The translations under genes and the position numbers were made by a program. From assembly GCA_020137815.1 (NCBI GenBank), contig CM035353.1:8618001-8682000 (forward strand): a stretch of 64,000 nucleotides of DNA, in the 5' to 3' direction. Of this stretch, positions 18,501 to 31,345 are shown in pieces; the first letter of the stretch is position 1, and every line of letters starts with the position of its first letter. The notes beneath the pieces were generated by a model. That model ran no database searches. It saw nothing but the letters and a program-made list of their open reading frames with translations, and was not told where the DNA came from. The DNA comes from Hormiphora californensis (taxonomy: Eukaryota > Animalia > Ctenophora).

Positions 18501-19714
18501 AGGTGGGGGAGTGATGTTTAGAGGTGGGGAGTGATGTTTAGGGGTGGGGAGTGATGTTTTATGTTTAGGGGTGGGGGAGTGACATTTAGGGGTGGGGGGG
18601 GGGGGCGAGAGAGGTGGGGGGAGAGGTGGTGGACAAGTGAGGGAAGTGGTAGATGAGTGAGGTTAGAGGTGCAGGATTGAGGGATTAGGGAATGAGGTTC
18701 GCTTTTCAGATGTGGTGGAGTGTGTTAAGGATCAAAGCAATTTATCAATTACCTGTAAAAATCACAAGTTCCATAGCAGGATTCATAACTTGCCCTATTG
18801 CATTCATCAAAAAACTTGCAATCGTTAGCACACTGCTCAAAACTCACGGCTCGTTTACTGCCAATTTTCTGGCCCATTGCTCTGTTATTAGGGATCAGAC
18901 AATAGTCCCTCTCCTTCAGCTCATCTGATCAGGGATATATTCTTATTATATATAATTAGCTGGTACACGATTGCGGTTGCCCATTGTATAATACCCAGTC
19001 GATAAAGAAGTTATTTGCATAAATTAGCCTATTTTTAACTAACCGAAAGACTCAACACGGTACTTGTAACCCTTCATGTTGTTGATCTGTACCGCTCCAA
19101 CGTGTTGGTCATCAAGATCACTATCATAACACGCTTTAAGCATACTATATTTCTTAACATTGAGGGCCCACACATTATTAACAACCACCCTCACATATGA
19201 TTGGGACCAGTGGAACATCCAGATGACAGTATCATCAGCATCGGGGATGGGGTTAGCACTGAATTTGTGGGTACACTTGCCCGCACCAAGGTACCAATCA
19301 TTGTCCGTGGTGTTCTTGTAAAAGGTCCACTCCAGAAACGGAACTGTCAGTTTAGTTTCCATTGCATCTTGGCTGTTTCCAAGTTTAGTTTTAAACCCAA
19401 ATGGTTCAAATGAGAAGTAGTTGTTGAAGAGGGTTGAAGCGTTGGTTATCTTCAAATATAGATTATCACCAGAGTGTGCAAAGGCCATTTGGGCGTCTGA
19501 AGTTATCGTGGTCCACCCTGTAAATATTATAGTGTGTTTGATAAAACTGCGAGGTAAGGGTAAATGGTATTATAATCGAGGATAACTTGGGACAATTTGA
19601 GAAATTTAGAATAATTTAGAGATACCACTGACCTGTCTTTGCATGGTTTCGGGGGAATGCGACAAAGGCAACACTGTACCCTATCAGGGACAGAGTGATA
19701 ATGAAAATATTCAT
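15565..19714 (-). CDS. Secreted multi-exon protein with PAN/apple-like Cys domains and an N-terminal Trp-rich beta domain
   Basis: Signal peptide MNIFIITLSLIGYSVA; exon ~18925-18752 reads SFEQCANDCKFFDECNRASYESCYGTCDFY; exon ~16909-16790 reads EACKLNTICTGWSAIASTRTCYLY; last exon ends KQRRSV*. Confidence 0.65.
16954..17067. mobile_element. hAT-type MITE with 8-bp TSD
   Basis: TIR caggaaccgaccg/cggtcggttcctg; ATTTTAAA duplicated on both sides; translation (..KQPIRTRYLGH..GYQPIRDQYFLIRSVP) recalled as an abundant Pleurobrachia repeat. Confidence 0.85.
18001..18605. repeat. G-rich ~20-21-bp intronic minisatellite (G-quadruplex-prone)
   Basis: Tandem tttaggggtgggggagtgatg variants. Confidence 0.9.
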
Positions 19715-19957
19715 TTTCCTTTCACTCTCAACTTACATCCGGTGAGGCTAAATATATTATATCAGGGCGGTTAAAATATGGTACTTCACCAACAATTTCA
19801 TAATTTACACAATGTACAAATGTTAAAATTATAATACAACAACTACAAAAATTTACAACTTTCTATACATTTCCACTCTCTAAAATCGAATAAAATTGTT
19901 TTTTTTGCCCCGTGGTTTAACTCCTACACTGCATAATAGAATGATTTCCATGAGTCA

Positions 19958-20863
19958 TTACCAATTGTTATCCCAGCTATTATAGCTGTTATATGAGTTT
20001 GACATTCCGGATGCCATTACCACTATTACTTGAATGATACCACTTATAACAGCAGTTACGATTCCACAGATTATCGCTGCAATTGCAAGCTTCTTAGCAG
20101 CCTGAAGTGGAATTGTGATTTGTGAGTGGGAAGTTCATAGTTACGTTGTTGTGTTGAAAAGGCAGCGAGTATTTTTGTTGCACACTAACCTCGCCCATTG
20201 TTCTTGCCTCTTCCATCCTTCCCTCTCGAATAAGATTCTCCGCTCGATTAGCCTTGATACCAGCTAGCAGCCCGATGGGACAGCAGAAGAACAGACATGA
20301 AATCCAGGCTAGGATTTGGTAGGACTGAGGAGCGGGTCCAGTAGCTTGAGTTACCTGGCGGATAAAATTACACTTTAAAGGACATGTATTATAACGGTCT
20401 GTGAAACGAGTTGTGAGCATCAATCGTTAGAGTTCGGATTGGATTTATCGGAATTGAACCTCTTTCCTATCTGGTACACTCACATACACTCATTGATATG
20501 AAAGCATGGGGGAAATTCTAACCATCTAACATCTTACCACAACGATATTTTGTCCAGCAGCAGGCGGGTATTGCTGAGGTGGATACTGCTGAGTAGGTGG
20601 ATACTGCTGAGCAGGGGGATATCCCTGTTGCTGAGGGAGATATCCCTGTTGCTGAGGGAGATATCCCTGTTGCTGAGGGGGATATCCCTGTTGTGGAGGA
20701 GGGGCTCCCTGATAATGGTTTGGGTATCAGGAAACGACACGTAAAAACGTTATATTCCACGCTTTAAGCTATTTACATCAAAAAATGAAGAATTATAAAT
20801 TGAATTCACGTCGGCAGCGTAAGGAGGAGGAGGAGGGACAGGGGCACCAATCTTTTCCGACAT
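19958..20863 (-). CDS. CD225/dispanin (PRRT1/IFITM-like) proline-rich membrane protein, 4 exons
   Basis: PPPPPY start; QQGYPP repeats; YQILAWISCLFFCCPIGLLAGIKA...GRMEEAR...AKKLAIAAIICGI. Confidence 0.88.
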
Positions 20864-21254
20864 GTCTTTGTCTGACGGGGGATAATTTATTGTAAATGTA
20901 GTCCAAAGATCAAGGACACGGAGAAAAAAAGGAGTGAGTTTTTCACATACATTCCAAAGGAATTTTACAGCAAACACCTTTCGAATTCTATTAAATTTGC
21001 TACGGCAGTCGGCACCAATTTACTTTCCCATTTCAACTTTGAAAAACTGAAAGCGGTGCTAAATGCTATGCGTTTCGGTTTTTTTGGTTTCTGATGAGAT
21101 AAGAGACTTCTTAACGGAAAGAAAATTCAAGGACCTTTATCTTATCAAGAACCTTGATTTTTTTTGTGTGAAAGCCGGGGTTGCCGGTCCAATTAAAACG
21201 GAATAAGAATAAAGGTAATCAGTACATATAAGATTAATAAATTAGATTAGTGTG

Positions 21255-21686
21255 ATTGGTTATCAGTTCTCACATCACATTTGGTCAGAGCTCCCTTATC
21301 TCTGTTCTGCTTGCGAATCTCTCTAATTGTGAGATATCTATCTCTCCTGCTATGAGTGGTAGTACAGCCTCTGCTTGTAGTTTCAAAGACCGGCTGAGAG
21401 TGTATAGCGATGAAAGGGTACAGAGAAGTGTGTATGTGAAGTGCAGGGCGAGCTATTTGACCTGGTACGCGACCTGTTTACACATGCTGGTGCCAAGGAT
21501 TCCTTCCCGAAAAGTTTGACTGCCGGCCGTAGTGTGTGGGATAGTTTAAAGTGTCCCAGTAAGAGTAAGATCAAGGGGATTAAGAAGCAAGAACTAGAGG
21601 ATTTCACGGAGAAGGTTTGCCATTTCCTTGGCAAACGTTGCTGGCCCGCAGCGCGGGATAATAATAATAAATAATAATAATAGTAA
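21255..21686 (+). mobile_element. Probable 3' fragment of a non-LTR retroelement with (TAA)n tail
   Basis: Degenerate coding-like stretch ending in ataataataaataataataa that abuts the truncated LINE on the other strand. Confidence 0.45.
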
Positions 21687-21689
21687 CAG

Positions 21690-22772
21690 TTTATATCCCG
21701 CACTGACACAGTTTGTATACAGACAACTCGTTTTCCTTAATTTGAAAGGGACTGCAGTAGACTGCCTGCTCCTAGCACGGTTCTCTGATAACGGTGAGTT
21801 ATTGGGGAACTATCCCACTTGGATAAGATTGTTACGGATGAAGTAGCAGCCGTCAGGATCTTCTGATCGTATCCGCTTCAAAGTGGACCTTAGAGCTTTT
21901 TGCTCTTTCAGTTCAGAGGGCGTAAGATCCGGAGAGAGATAAACAGCCGAAAACTGTTTGGAGTCTTTGAGGTTTCGTGCCTTTCTGAGGAGCGTGAGGA
22001 GAGTCGCTCTCTTCTCCAGGGATACTAAGAGCGGTCTAGGTCGCTTCTCATTTCTTTCGCCGATGCGTTTCATCGTAGTCACTTTCGGTTTCTCTTTTAA
22101 TTCCTCAAAAAGTTCGTCTAAAGTAGTTTTAGCTACTCTATCGGTTGTTTCTGGGAGACCAAACACAACCATGTTCTTCTCTCTTCCGGGCTGTTGGACG
22201 GGAGTAGGATGATTCACTGGTAGTGGTTTTCCCACTTTGGGGGAGGTTGCAGCACAATTCTGTGCTAGCACAGTAGAGTAGGCTTTCACCTTCTGCACCG
22301 ATGCTGTCACTGTACTGAGTTGTTGCTTCTGGTGGTTGATAACCGTTTGCTGAAGCTCGATTACGTTAACCCGATGGCGGTCAAGTTCTTCTTTACATTC
22401 ACGCAGCTGTTTCTCGAGGTTTTCCACACTGATAACAGTTTCAAAATTGTTCATTGTTGCTCGGGCAAGTTTCATACTGGAGAGAAAAATACGCGAAGTA
22501 GCCTCGATAATTTCACTTGTAGTTCGGTCCTTGAGACAATGTCTAAAGTACGAACCCCAGTGCTTGCTAGGCGAAGCTAAGCTGTCGTTGGTTAACATTA
22601 AATCGGGTGCAGCTTGAATCGATCTATAACATTGAGTAAACTGATCTGGTGTGATGCTCGTCGTGTTGTCCGAATTCAACAGGTAAACTTCAGAAACAAA
22701 GTCATTCACCGTCTCTTCTAATCGTTTTATCATAGGGTTATCGCCCTCGTACTTCGCTTCCGACATTATCAA
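21690..22772 (-). mobile_element. CR1-group LINE 5' part: ORF1 (21810-22772) plus start of the ORF2 endonuclease
   Basis: Coiled coil then REKNMVVFGLPE, RIG..RPRPLLV, VYLSPDLTP; downstream SCLYTNCVS resembles the first APE motif, then truncated. Confidence 0.8.
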
Positions 22773-22899
22773 CGTTTCGTTTTTCTGCCCTTCGGGGCTG
22801 TTACATCGGATTCATCTTCCTGCTCAATAAATAGTTTTACGTTGTAGTTGATGAAAGTTTGAAACAGCGCTTTTCAAGCCATTTCCTTGTGGAGAGGTG

Positions 22900-23023
22900 T
22901 TAAAGTCCGTTTCAAGCGACTTGACCCGTAATTCTTGGAATTTGGTGCATCGCGCGTGTATTTACAAAGGGGAAATCCTGAATTTCCAGGAATCTCAGGT
23001 CAAGTCGTTTGAAACGCACTTTA
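22900..23023. mobile_element. MITE family A copy
   Basis: Same sequence and TIRs as 1497-1621. Confidence 0.85.
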
Positions 23024-23527
23024 CCCGCTGCTTGACGGGCGCCGTTACGATCTGGGTGTTTAGAGGACTGTTTACAGGTGCGCGCTGCCAAAAAAAGTTG
23101 ATTCACTAAAATGGCTCTAACCGCCAAACCACTCAACCGTTTTGACTGATTCAAAGTTTATCAGGTAGGGAATGTCAAGGCCTAACCGGGCGCGATTATA
23201 ATCTGGGTGCCTTGCAGCCTGTTTACAGGTGCGCGCTACCGAAAGAGTACACTTAAACCGACTTTTTTCAAACGGCTATAGCCACGCAACCACATGGCCA
23301 ATTTGAGTAAACTAAACGGTATCTGTTAGAGAATCGATAGCCCTAACCGATAACCCCAAACCAAACCCTAACCAGACCCTAACGGATAGCCCTAACCCGT
23401 CGCGTGCGCTTAAACTACGAATTGTTAGCAATGAAAGGCACCCAGATTTTAACGTTTTCCGGCCTAACCCCAACCTAAACCCCAACCCTAACCCTAACCC
23501 TACTTTATCTGCTTGACCGCCTGATAA

Positions 23528-23912
23528 GGTTAGCGGTAAAGTCACCCACTTTTTGGCACCAAATTTAGACGTTTTTGGCCATAACTCAGCCATTTCTTGG
23601 CCAAATTACTTCGTCTTGGGCTTGTTGGAAAGAGGGAATCGAGCTCTTTCCATACATCCTAAGTTTAAGCAAAATGGTTAAGAAATTGCGGAGCTATGGC
23701 GCGAAACGTCTTAAAAACGCGCATTTTGCGCCATGGCGCCGCGCATTTTGCGCAGATTTTAATTTTCACGGGCTCATTTGAAAGAGCTCAATATCCTCTT
23801 TCCAACGAGCCCAAGATGAAGCAATTTGGCCAAGAAATGGCTGAGTTATGGCCAAAACCCGCTCTTGCACGCACGTTCATGTGCCAAAAAGTGGGTGACT
23901 TTACCGCTAACC
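23528..23912. mobile_element. MULE-like MITE with 9-bp TSD
   Basis: TIR ggttagcggtaaagtcacccactttttggcac; GCCTGATAA duplicated at 23519-23527 and 23913-23921; nested in other repeats at 23024-24148. Confidence 0.85.
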
Positions 23913-24148
23913 GCCTGATAAAGCCGCGCGCACCGCGTATCGACCCTGCAGCGCATGCCAGATCCACTGCGCATGCGCGTGATGGGACCAAACTTTTATT
24001 GTTTATTTCAGAAAAAAGAAGATTTCATCAAAACCTGACGAGGCCGGGGCGCGATTATAATCTGGGTGCCTTGCAGCGTGTTTACAGGTGCGCGCTGCCA
24101 AAAAAAGTACACCTAAACCACTTAGACCGACTTTTTTTCAAACGGCTA

Positions 24149-24302
24149 TAAAGTCCATTTTTTTTCAACTGTTCACCCAAAAACTGAAATTTAATAAAAA
24201 TTCGAATTTGGGTGGCGCGCGCTACACGTTAACATGTGATAAACGCGCAAAACAATTCCGCGCACGACTTTGGGGGGTGAACAGTTGAAAAAAAATGGAG
24301 TA
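24149..24302. mobile_element. MITE family B, TA-flanked
   Basis: TIR aagtccattttttttcaactgttcaccc / gggtgaacagttgaaaaaaaatggag; second copy at 41134-41278. Confidence 0.85.
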
Positions 24303-24634
24303 TAATGTGAAACCCAAACTAAAAAGGCCCACCTCAGGTGTCGTCGCGCGTTACATACATGGTTGGGTTGGGTTTTGATGGATTGGGATTGTCAGCAGTT
24401 AGTGAAATCGCGCGTACGCGCACTTCTCTTTGTTTAAAACAAAGAAGGATCTGGTTGTTCCAAAATCCACGTCCCCGAAAATGAAAAACATTCATCTGTC
24501 ATCACCGTTGTATTATTCATCATTTATTCATTGTTAATTAAACCGAAACACTTGATATACGATATTGCTTGTGAAAAAGTAGTAAAATGTACAATCAACA
24601 TTACACATAGTAAACACTTAACACTAAACACACA

Positions 24635-24700
<66 letters not shown>

Positions 24701-25177
24701 AACACATACACACACAAGTCTCTCACAGTCTCTCTATTAGTTTTATCTTCCTCGCACACAATACAGGGACTTGATCGGGACCGGAGACAGCAATTGGAGT
24801 AAAGATGGTAAACTTCCATTGCTTGTGGCTTTCTTTGATAACCTGAAACAAGTCTTCCATTAGAAAGTTCTCTGGTGCACCCTATAAAATACAGGGCAAA
24901 GGTATTGAGTTAAAATAATTGGTTGGTAAGATAAAAGGAGGACGGAGGCGAGAGAGAACCCCCTCACCCCCCAAACCCATTCCATAACACCCCTCTGTGG
25001 TGTCTCTAATGATAGATCGAGGGGGTAGATTCTGGGGAAGGAGTCGGGACAGATCCTGCAGGGAAGGAGTTAGTGATGGTGTTCAGATCCAACCTAAGGA
25101 AGAGAGCGGGTTACCATAGAACCCAACCCAAGGGAGAGAGATTGGGTTACCACAGCAATTGGCTCCATTGCAACCTA

Positions 25178-26237
25178 TACACACATCCCCCTGGCGTGCT
25201 ACAAAACGTCCCCAGGTCTTCTATAATTATACACACATCCCCCTGGCGTGCTACAAAACGTCCCCAGGTCTGCTATAACTATACACACGTCCCCCTGGGC
25301 TTGCTACAAAACGTCCCCAGGTCTGCTATAATTATACACACATCCCCCTGGCTGCTACAAAACGTCCCCAGGTCTGCTATAATTATACACACATCCCCGG
25401 GCTGCTACAAAACGTCCCCAGGTCTGCTATAATTATACACACATCCCCCTGGCTGCTACAAAACGTCCCCAGGTCTGCTATAATTATACACACATCCCCC
25501 TGGCGTGCTACAAAACGTCCCCAGGTCTGCTATAATTATACACACATCCCCCGGGCTGCTACAAAACGTCCCCAGGTCTGCTATAACTATACACACATCC
25601 CCCTGGGTTGCTACAAAACGTCCCCAGGTCTGCTATAATTATACACACATCCCCCTGGCTGCTACAAAACGTCCCCAGGTCTGCTATAATTATACACACA
25701 TCCCCCTGGCTGCTACAAAACGTCCCCAGGTCTGCTATAATTATACACACATCCCCCTGGCTGCTACAAAACGTCCCCAGGTCTGCTATAATTATACACA
25801 CGTCCCCCGGGCTGCTACAAAACGTCCCCCGGGCTGCTACAAAACGTCCCCAGGTCTGCTATAATTATACACACATCCCCCGGGCTGCTACAAAACATCT
25901 CCAGGTCTGCTATAATTATACACACATCCCCCGGGCTGCTACAAAACGTCCCCAGGTCTGCTATAATTATACACACATCCCCCTGGCTGCTACAAAACAT
26001 CTCCAGGTCTGCTATAATTATACACACATCCTCCGGGCTGCTACAAAACGTCCCCAGGTCTGCTATAATTATACACACATCCCCCTGGCTGCTACAAAAC
26101 GTCCCCAGGTCTGCTATAATTATACACACGTCCCCCGGGCTGCTACAAAACGTCCCCAGGTCTGCTATAATTATACACACATCCCCCTGGGTTGCTACAA
26201 AACGTCCCCAGGTCTGCTATAATTATACACACGTCCC
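25178..26237. repeat. 51-bp minisatellite, ~20 copies
   Basis: Unit acacacatccccctggctgctacaaaacgtccccaggtctgctataattat, no unique spacers. Confidence 0.95.
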
Positions 26238-26634
26238 GTGGCGAGCTTACCTTGCAATTGATTGTCTTCATCGTCTTGATTCTTTGCCCTTTGGTCTGTT
26301 TCATATCCTTCCTCCTTTCGAGCAATTTTATCAATAGAGGCATTGACAGTTCTTCCGTTCAAATTTGGTATCATTAATATATTCTTTCCATTCTTTGGGT
26401 TAATACCTGAAAAAGTGACGTGTGGCAATAGAGACGGATGAGGGAACTATCAACTATGTGTACAGGGATGAAACCACTACAGAAAAGAAACAAGCATCCG
26501 TCTAATGATTGAAACTAATAAAAGTGTTCATGATGTCCTGTGTTGACTGTATAATGGCTGGAATGATTAATTTGTGCAGCAACTTAAACTCACCGTTAAA
26601 TTGAAAACGCATTAATGAGTCCGCAGTTCCTCAA

Positions 26635-26780
26635 GGGGGATGATGGGGTTAGATCTCTGTACATGATACACCTGGGGGATGATGGGGTTAGATCTCTGTA
26701 CATGATACACCGGGGGGATGATGGGGTTAGATCTCTGTACATGATACACCTGGGGGATAATGGGGTTAGATCTCTGTATC
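26635..26780. repeat. 39-bp tandem repeat, ~3.5 copies
   Basis: ggggatgatggggttagatctctgtacatgatacacctg. Confidence 0.85.
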
Positions 26781-27339
26781 CGGGGATAGTTCCTGATTTC
26801 CATCTTCCACTGTGTAGTATTGGGCCCTAGAGAGGGGGTAGGCTATCATTGGGGGAGGATGATTTAGTAATTAGTATTGGGCCCTATGGGAGGAGAAAGG
26901 GGGATGATGAAGGAGCAAAAAGGGGAGGAGAAATAACAGCTGCAACTGTGTGATAAGATAGTACTATCATGTAACCCGTGCTTGTCATGGTGATATTTGG
27001 TTATCTTGACAACCCCCTCCATCCTGCCAACCATCTTACACACTTACCTTAATAGTAGGGGCATCCACTTGTTTAGAATAGCAGCGACTTTGTGTGTTAC
27101 TGAGACTATTTATCGAAGTATTCGATGACTCTGTCCTCACTCTCTCATTACTCACTCTCCGCATGCTGTTTCCACCTGATTTAATGTAGCAGTTCTTGCA
27201 GGCGGAGTTCGATTCTTGGCGACATGTCACGAAATGAGAGGGTCTAAAGGGGAAGTAAGACATGTCACGAAATGGTAGGCTCTAACTGGGATGTGGTTCA
27301 AGTCAGATTGAGACGCCAGAAGAGTCATAATAAATGTTA

Positions 27340-27830
27340 TGGGGGGGGGGGCAAGGCCAAAAAAGCCAGATCAATCCCAGATTTTAGGGCGGGTTTGGCT
27401 TTTTTGGCATGTAATTCTGACATTATATGGTCTGTATGACATCAAAAACACTTTAAAATGGCTTCTTTGATCTAGTTTTACCATTTTATATCGATAGGGA
27501 AAAGATATATATATACCAAAAAAAGTTTGATATAAAAAAGGCAGATCAAAAAAGCCAAAAAAGCCAGATCAGAAAAAGCCAAAAAAAAGCCAGATCAAAA
27601 AAAGTAAAAAAAACCCAGATCAAAAAAAGGCAGATCAAAAACGCCAGATCATAACTGCCAAATCAAAAAAATCCATATCAAAAAAAGCCAAAAAAAACGA
27701 AATAGGCCCCAAAAGCTTGTTTTGTACAAACTCTGTACAAACAGTCTAACCTGGCAACCAAAAACCAGATCAAAAAAAGCCAAAAAAGCCAGATCAAAAA
27801 AGCCAGATCAGACCCAGATTTCAGGGCGGG
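27340..27830. repeat. Repeat built from aaaaagccagatc motifs, probable transposon remnant
   Basis: More than 10 copies of aaaaagccagatca; duplicated cccagattt(t/c)agggcggg. Confidence 0.55.
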
Positions 27831-27936
27831 AATTAGAGAATGAGAGAATGGCAGAGAGAGAATGACAGAGAGAGAATTAGAGAATTAGAGAATGACAGAG
27901 GGATAGAGAGCGAGATATAGAGAGCGAGATATAGAG

Positions 27937-28053
<117 letters not shown>

Positions 28054-28061
28054 TCCACTTA

Positions 28062-28196
28062 CCAGGGTCTGTGAATCCATCAATAAAGATCTGCCGGTGA
28101 TGACTGATGAGAAGCTGCTGTGAACGGTTCCCCTACTCGAGTGTTTAGCTCATAGTAGGTTATCTTAGCCCAGTAATTTGGTTCCCGGAACGGAAT
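28062..28196 (-). pseudogene. SMAD MH2 N-terminal exon with a frameshift; other putative exons between 24700 and 28980 are poorly conserved
   Basis: [25 protein letters not shown], then in a shifted frame [11 protein letters not shown]; intact AG/GT boundaries. Confidence 0.75.
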
Positions 28197-28496
28197 CTGA
28201 GAGAGTATTGTGTTATTAATACATTTGATAAACTATTGAGGTGGTCTGGGTTAGAGGGGGTTCAAAGGCGGGTTACAAGGGGTCTGTTAGGTGGGTTAGA
28301 AGGGGTCTGTTAGGTGGGTTAGAAGTCAGAAAATGTCGAGAGGACAGCAACAAGGGTTCCAGAGGTGGGTTAAAAGGGGTACGAGAGGTGGGTTAGAAGG
28401 AAGCTGAGGTAAAAGGACTCAGGAGTGGGTTGGAAGGGGTCCACATGTTGCTTAGTAGAGATCCAGAGGTGGGTCAATACGCAGAGATAGAGATAC

Positions 28497-28581
<85 letters not shown>

Positions 28582-30705
28582 AGAGAGATAGAGAACAGAG
28601 GGAGAGAGAGAGGAGAGAGAGAGGAGAGAGAGAGAGAGAGACAGAGAGAGAGAGAGAGACAGAGAGAGACATAGAGAAACAGAGAGACAGAGAGGGACAG
28701 AGATGAGGAAATAGAGAAATGGAAAGCCGAGAGAGAGAGAAAAAAGGGGCGACACATCGAGAGGGACACATCGAGAGGGATACGTCGAGAGGTAAGGGGC
28801 ATATATATTGGTATGATCACCCCAGTCATGCTTGTGATATTAAACTGTTCATACCTGATCTTGATGATTTGATTCACTTGCATCGACCATCGTCTCCCTT
28901 GACTGAGTCAGAACAGCGGAACCCTTCAGTTAATTCATCTTTATGAAAAGATTTTCCCTGGTTCAGGTTGCGATAATCTGAAGAGAAGGGTGTTACTAAA
29001 CGCTAAAGAATTCGGTAATTTATTGATCCGAAAGCATCCCAACACCTTAACTTATTAGGTATCGCTTGTGCTTTCAAAACTTCACAAACTTCAGTACTTT
29101 TAACTTTCTAATTGTGTTTTGTCTTATGGTTTTGATAGACACCATTTAAAGCTACGTTTTCTGCTAGCCCAGTGCTGGGAATGAGTCCTTATTTTGTCAT
29201 TATCTTGCTTTCAAATGTTTTTGCGCTAAAAGCTGTGTGTCCAAGAGTCAAATAACCACCTTTTGTCCCTCTTTTGTCGCACTGTTTGGGTATTTGACCC
29301 TTGAACACAGCTTTTACCGCAAAAGGATCTGAAAGCAAGATAATTGCAAAAGAAGGATTCATTTTCAGCAGAAAATGCAGCCTCAAAAGACTTCCATCAA
29401 GACTGAAAAGTGACAAAAGAAAGTTGGAAAAAGCGGAAAATGAAATTTGAAAAGTTTGAAAAGTTTTGAAAACACGCGCGACCCCAGAAAAACTTGTAGG
29501 TATGGATGTGCTTTTCGGGGTCGCGCGCAGCAGGGCTTTTGTTGTTTGGGTTTCACATTAGCCGCGAAACCACATGGAGGCACCCCGAATGTGTTGAGAC
29601 GCGCATATCGCGACGCGCATGAGACGCGCATGCGACGCGCACATTGCGACGCGCACCAAATTGGTCAAATTCAAAAAATGTGAAAATGCGTTTTTAAAAT
29701 TTTAAGACTTGAGGCCTCTTGGACGTTTTTGGGAGACTGATGGTGACCCATAAGGAGTCCGAGAGCCTCAAAGAGAGTGCACAGCATCGGAAAGAGACTG
29801 CACTGTGCAGTGCACGCAGCATCCAGAAGAGAGCGCGCGCTTACCACGTGAAAGAGGCTCACCGCGCGAAGTAAGCAGTACTTTACCCTCAATTTTCTTC
29901 TCGCGCGTTACATAACATTCAATTTCACACACTTCTGTCTTCGGAGACTCGATGAAGAAGACTGAAATCAAGGATGAGAAGATAAATGAGGCCAATTAGA
30001 TTCTTGAGTTGTTAATTGTTTTCAAACAAGATCAACACACTTTTGGATTATTTGAAAATTCTATATTGGAGAGAAATATTTCGTTGCTAATTTCATTTTC
30101 AGACAAAAGTGTGTGGGAAGAATATAAAACACATTCATTTCGTTTCCATTAAGTTTCAGTGTACATAAAACAATATTGTTAGTTTTACATTAGTCTTTTT
30201 GTTGCATTGACTACGTGTTGTTGACATGTAATTGAACTGTAATTATATTTGAAAGCTAAACATTTTTTGACAATATATTGCCAAATGCAACCACCATTAT
30301 CATTTATCAGTTTATCAATGACCATGAAATAGTAATTGAGCATTTAACAATTAAGAAAAATCACACGAGTTTCACGACCAAAGACGGTCACTGTCTTTCC
30401 TCCATTACCTCTACTCCCACTTTAAAAGATAAGGTTCTAATTTTAATGTAAGTAAGGACATCTCACTCATTTATCTCCTCCACATATGATATCTCCCAAC
30501 GTGTCAAATCCAGAACTTGCAGTGTTAGTTTCATCTTTTCCTCATCAAACTGATGGAGGAAGGGATATTTAATTGATTGAGAAGGAGGGGTTAGTTGATC
30601 AACATAACAATAATGGGAGATGGCTTGTAAAAATCAGGAAATAATAAAGAAGTCGTAGTGTAAGAGGTGAGTGTAAATCATGTTGGGAAGGGCGTTTGAT
30701 CGTGA

Positions 30706-31345
30706 AAAAGGAAGGAAGGAAGGAAGGAAGGAAGGAAGGAAGGAAGGAAGGAAGGAAGGAAGAAGAAGGAAGGAGGAAGGAAGGAAGGAAGGAACATTCC
30801 GGATGCCGGAGAAGGAATGACGGATGAAGAAGGAAGAAGGAATGCATTCCTTCCTTACGCCGTCATTACTTCCGGTCCTTCCTTCCTTCCTTCCTTCCTT
30901 TCCTTCCTTCCTTCCTTCCTTACTTCCTTCCTTCCTTCTTCCTTCCTTCCTTCCTTCCTTCCTTCCTTCCTTCCTTCCTTTCCTTCCTTCCTTCCTTCCT
31001 TCCTTCCTTCCTTCCTTCTTCCTTCCTTCCTTCCTTCCTTCCTTCCTTCCTTCCTTCCTTCCTTCCTTCCTTCCTTCCTTCCTTCCTTCCTTCCTTCCGT
31101 CCTTCCTTCCTTCCTTCCTTCCTTCCTTCCTTCCTTCCTTCCTTCCTTCCTTCCTTCCTTCCTTCCTTCCTTCCTTCCTTCCTTCCTTCCTTCCTTCCTT
31201 CCTTCCTTCCTTCCTTCCTTCCTTCCTTCCTTCCTTCCTTCCTTCCTTCCTTCCTTCCTTCCTTCCTTCCTTCCTTCCTTCCTTCCTTCCTTCCTTCCTT
31301 CCTTCCTTCCTTCCTTCCTTCCTTCCTTCCTTCCTTCCTTCCTTG
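30706..31345. repeat. (GGAA)n followed by inverted long (TTCC)n microsatellite
   Basis: Direct reading; the long low-complexity ORFs here are artefacts. Confidence 0.95.

Noticed and set aside
25178-26237. CRISPR-like array
   Set aside because: Units are contiguous with no unique spacers; eukaryotic context; no cas genes
29380-29700. CGCG-rich regulatory island
   Set aside because: Similar sequence occurs inverted at 38270-38335, so it is a dispersed repeat remnant
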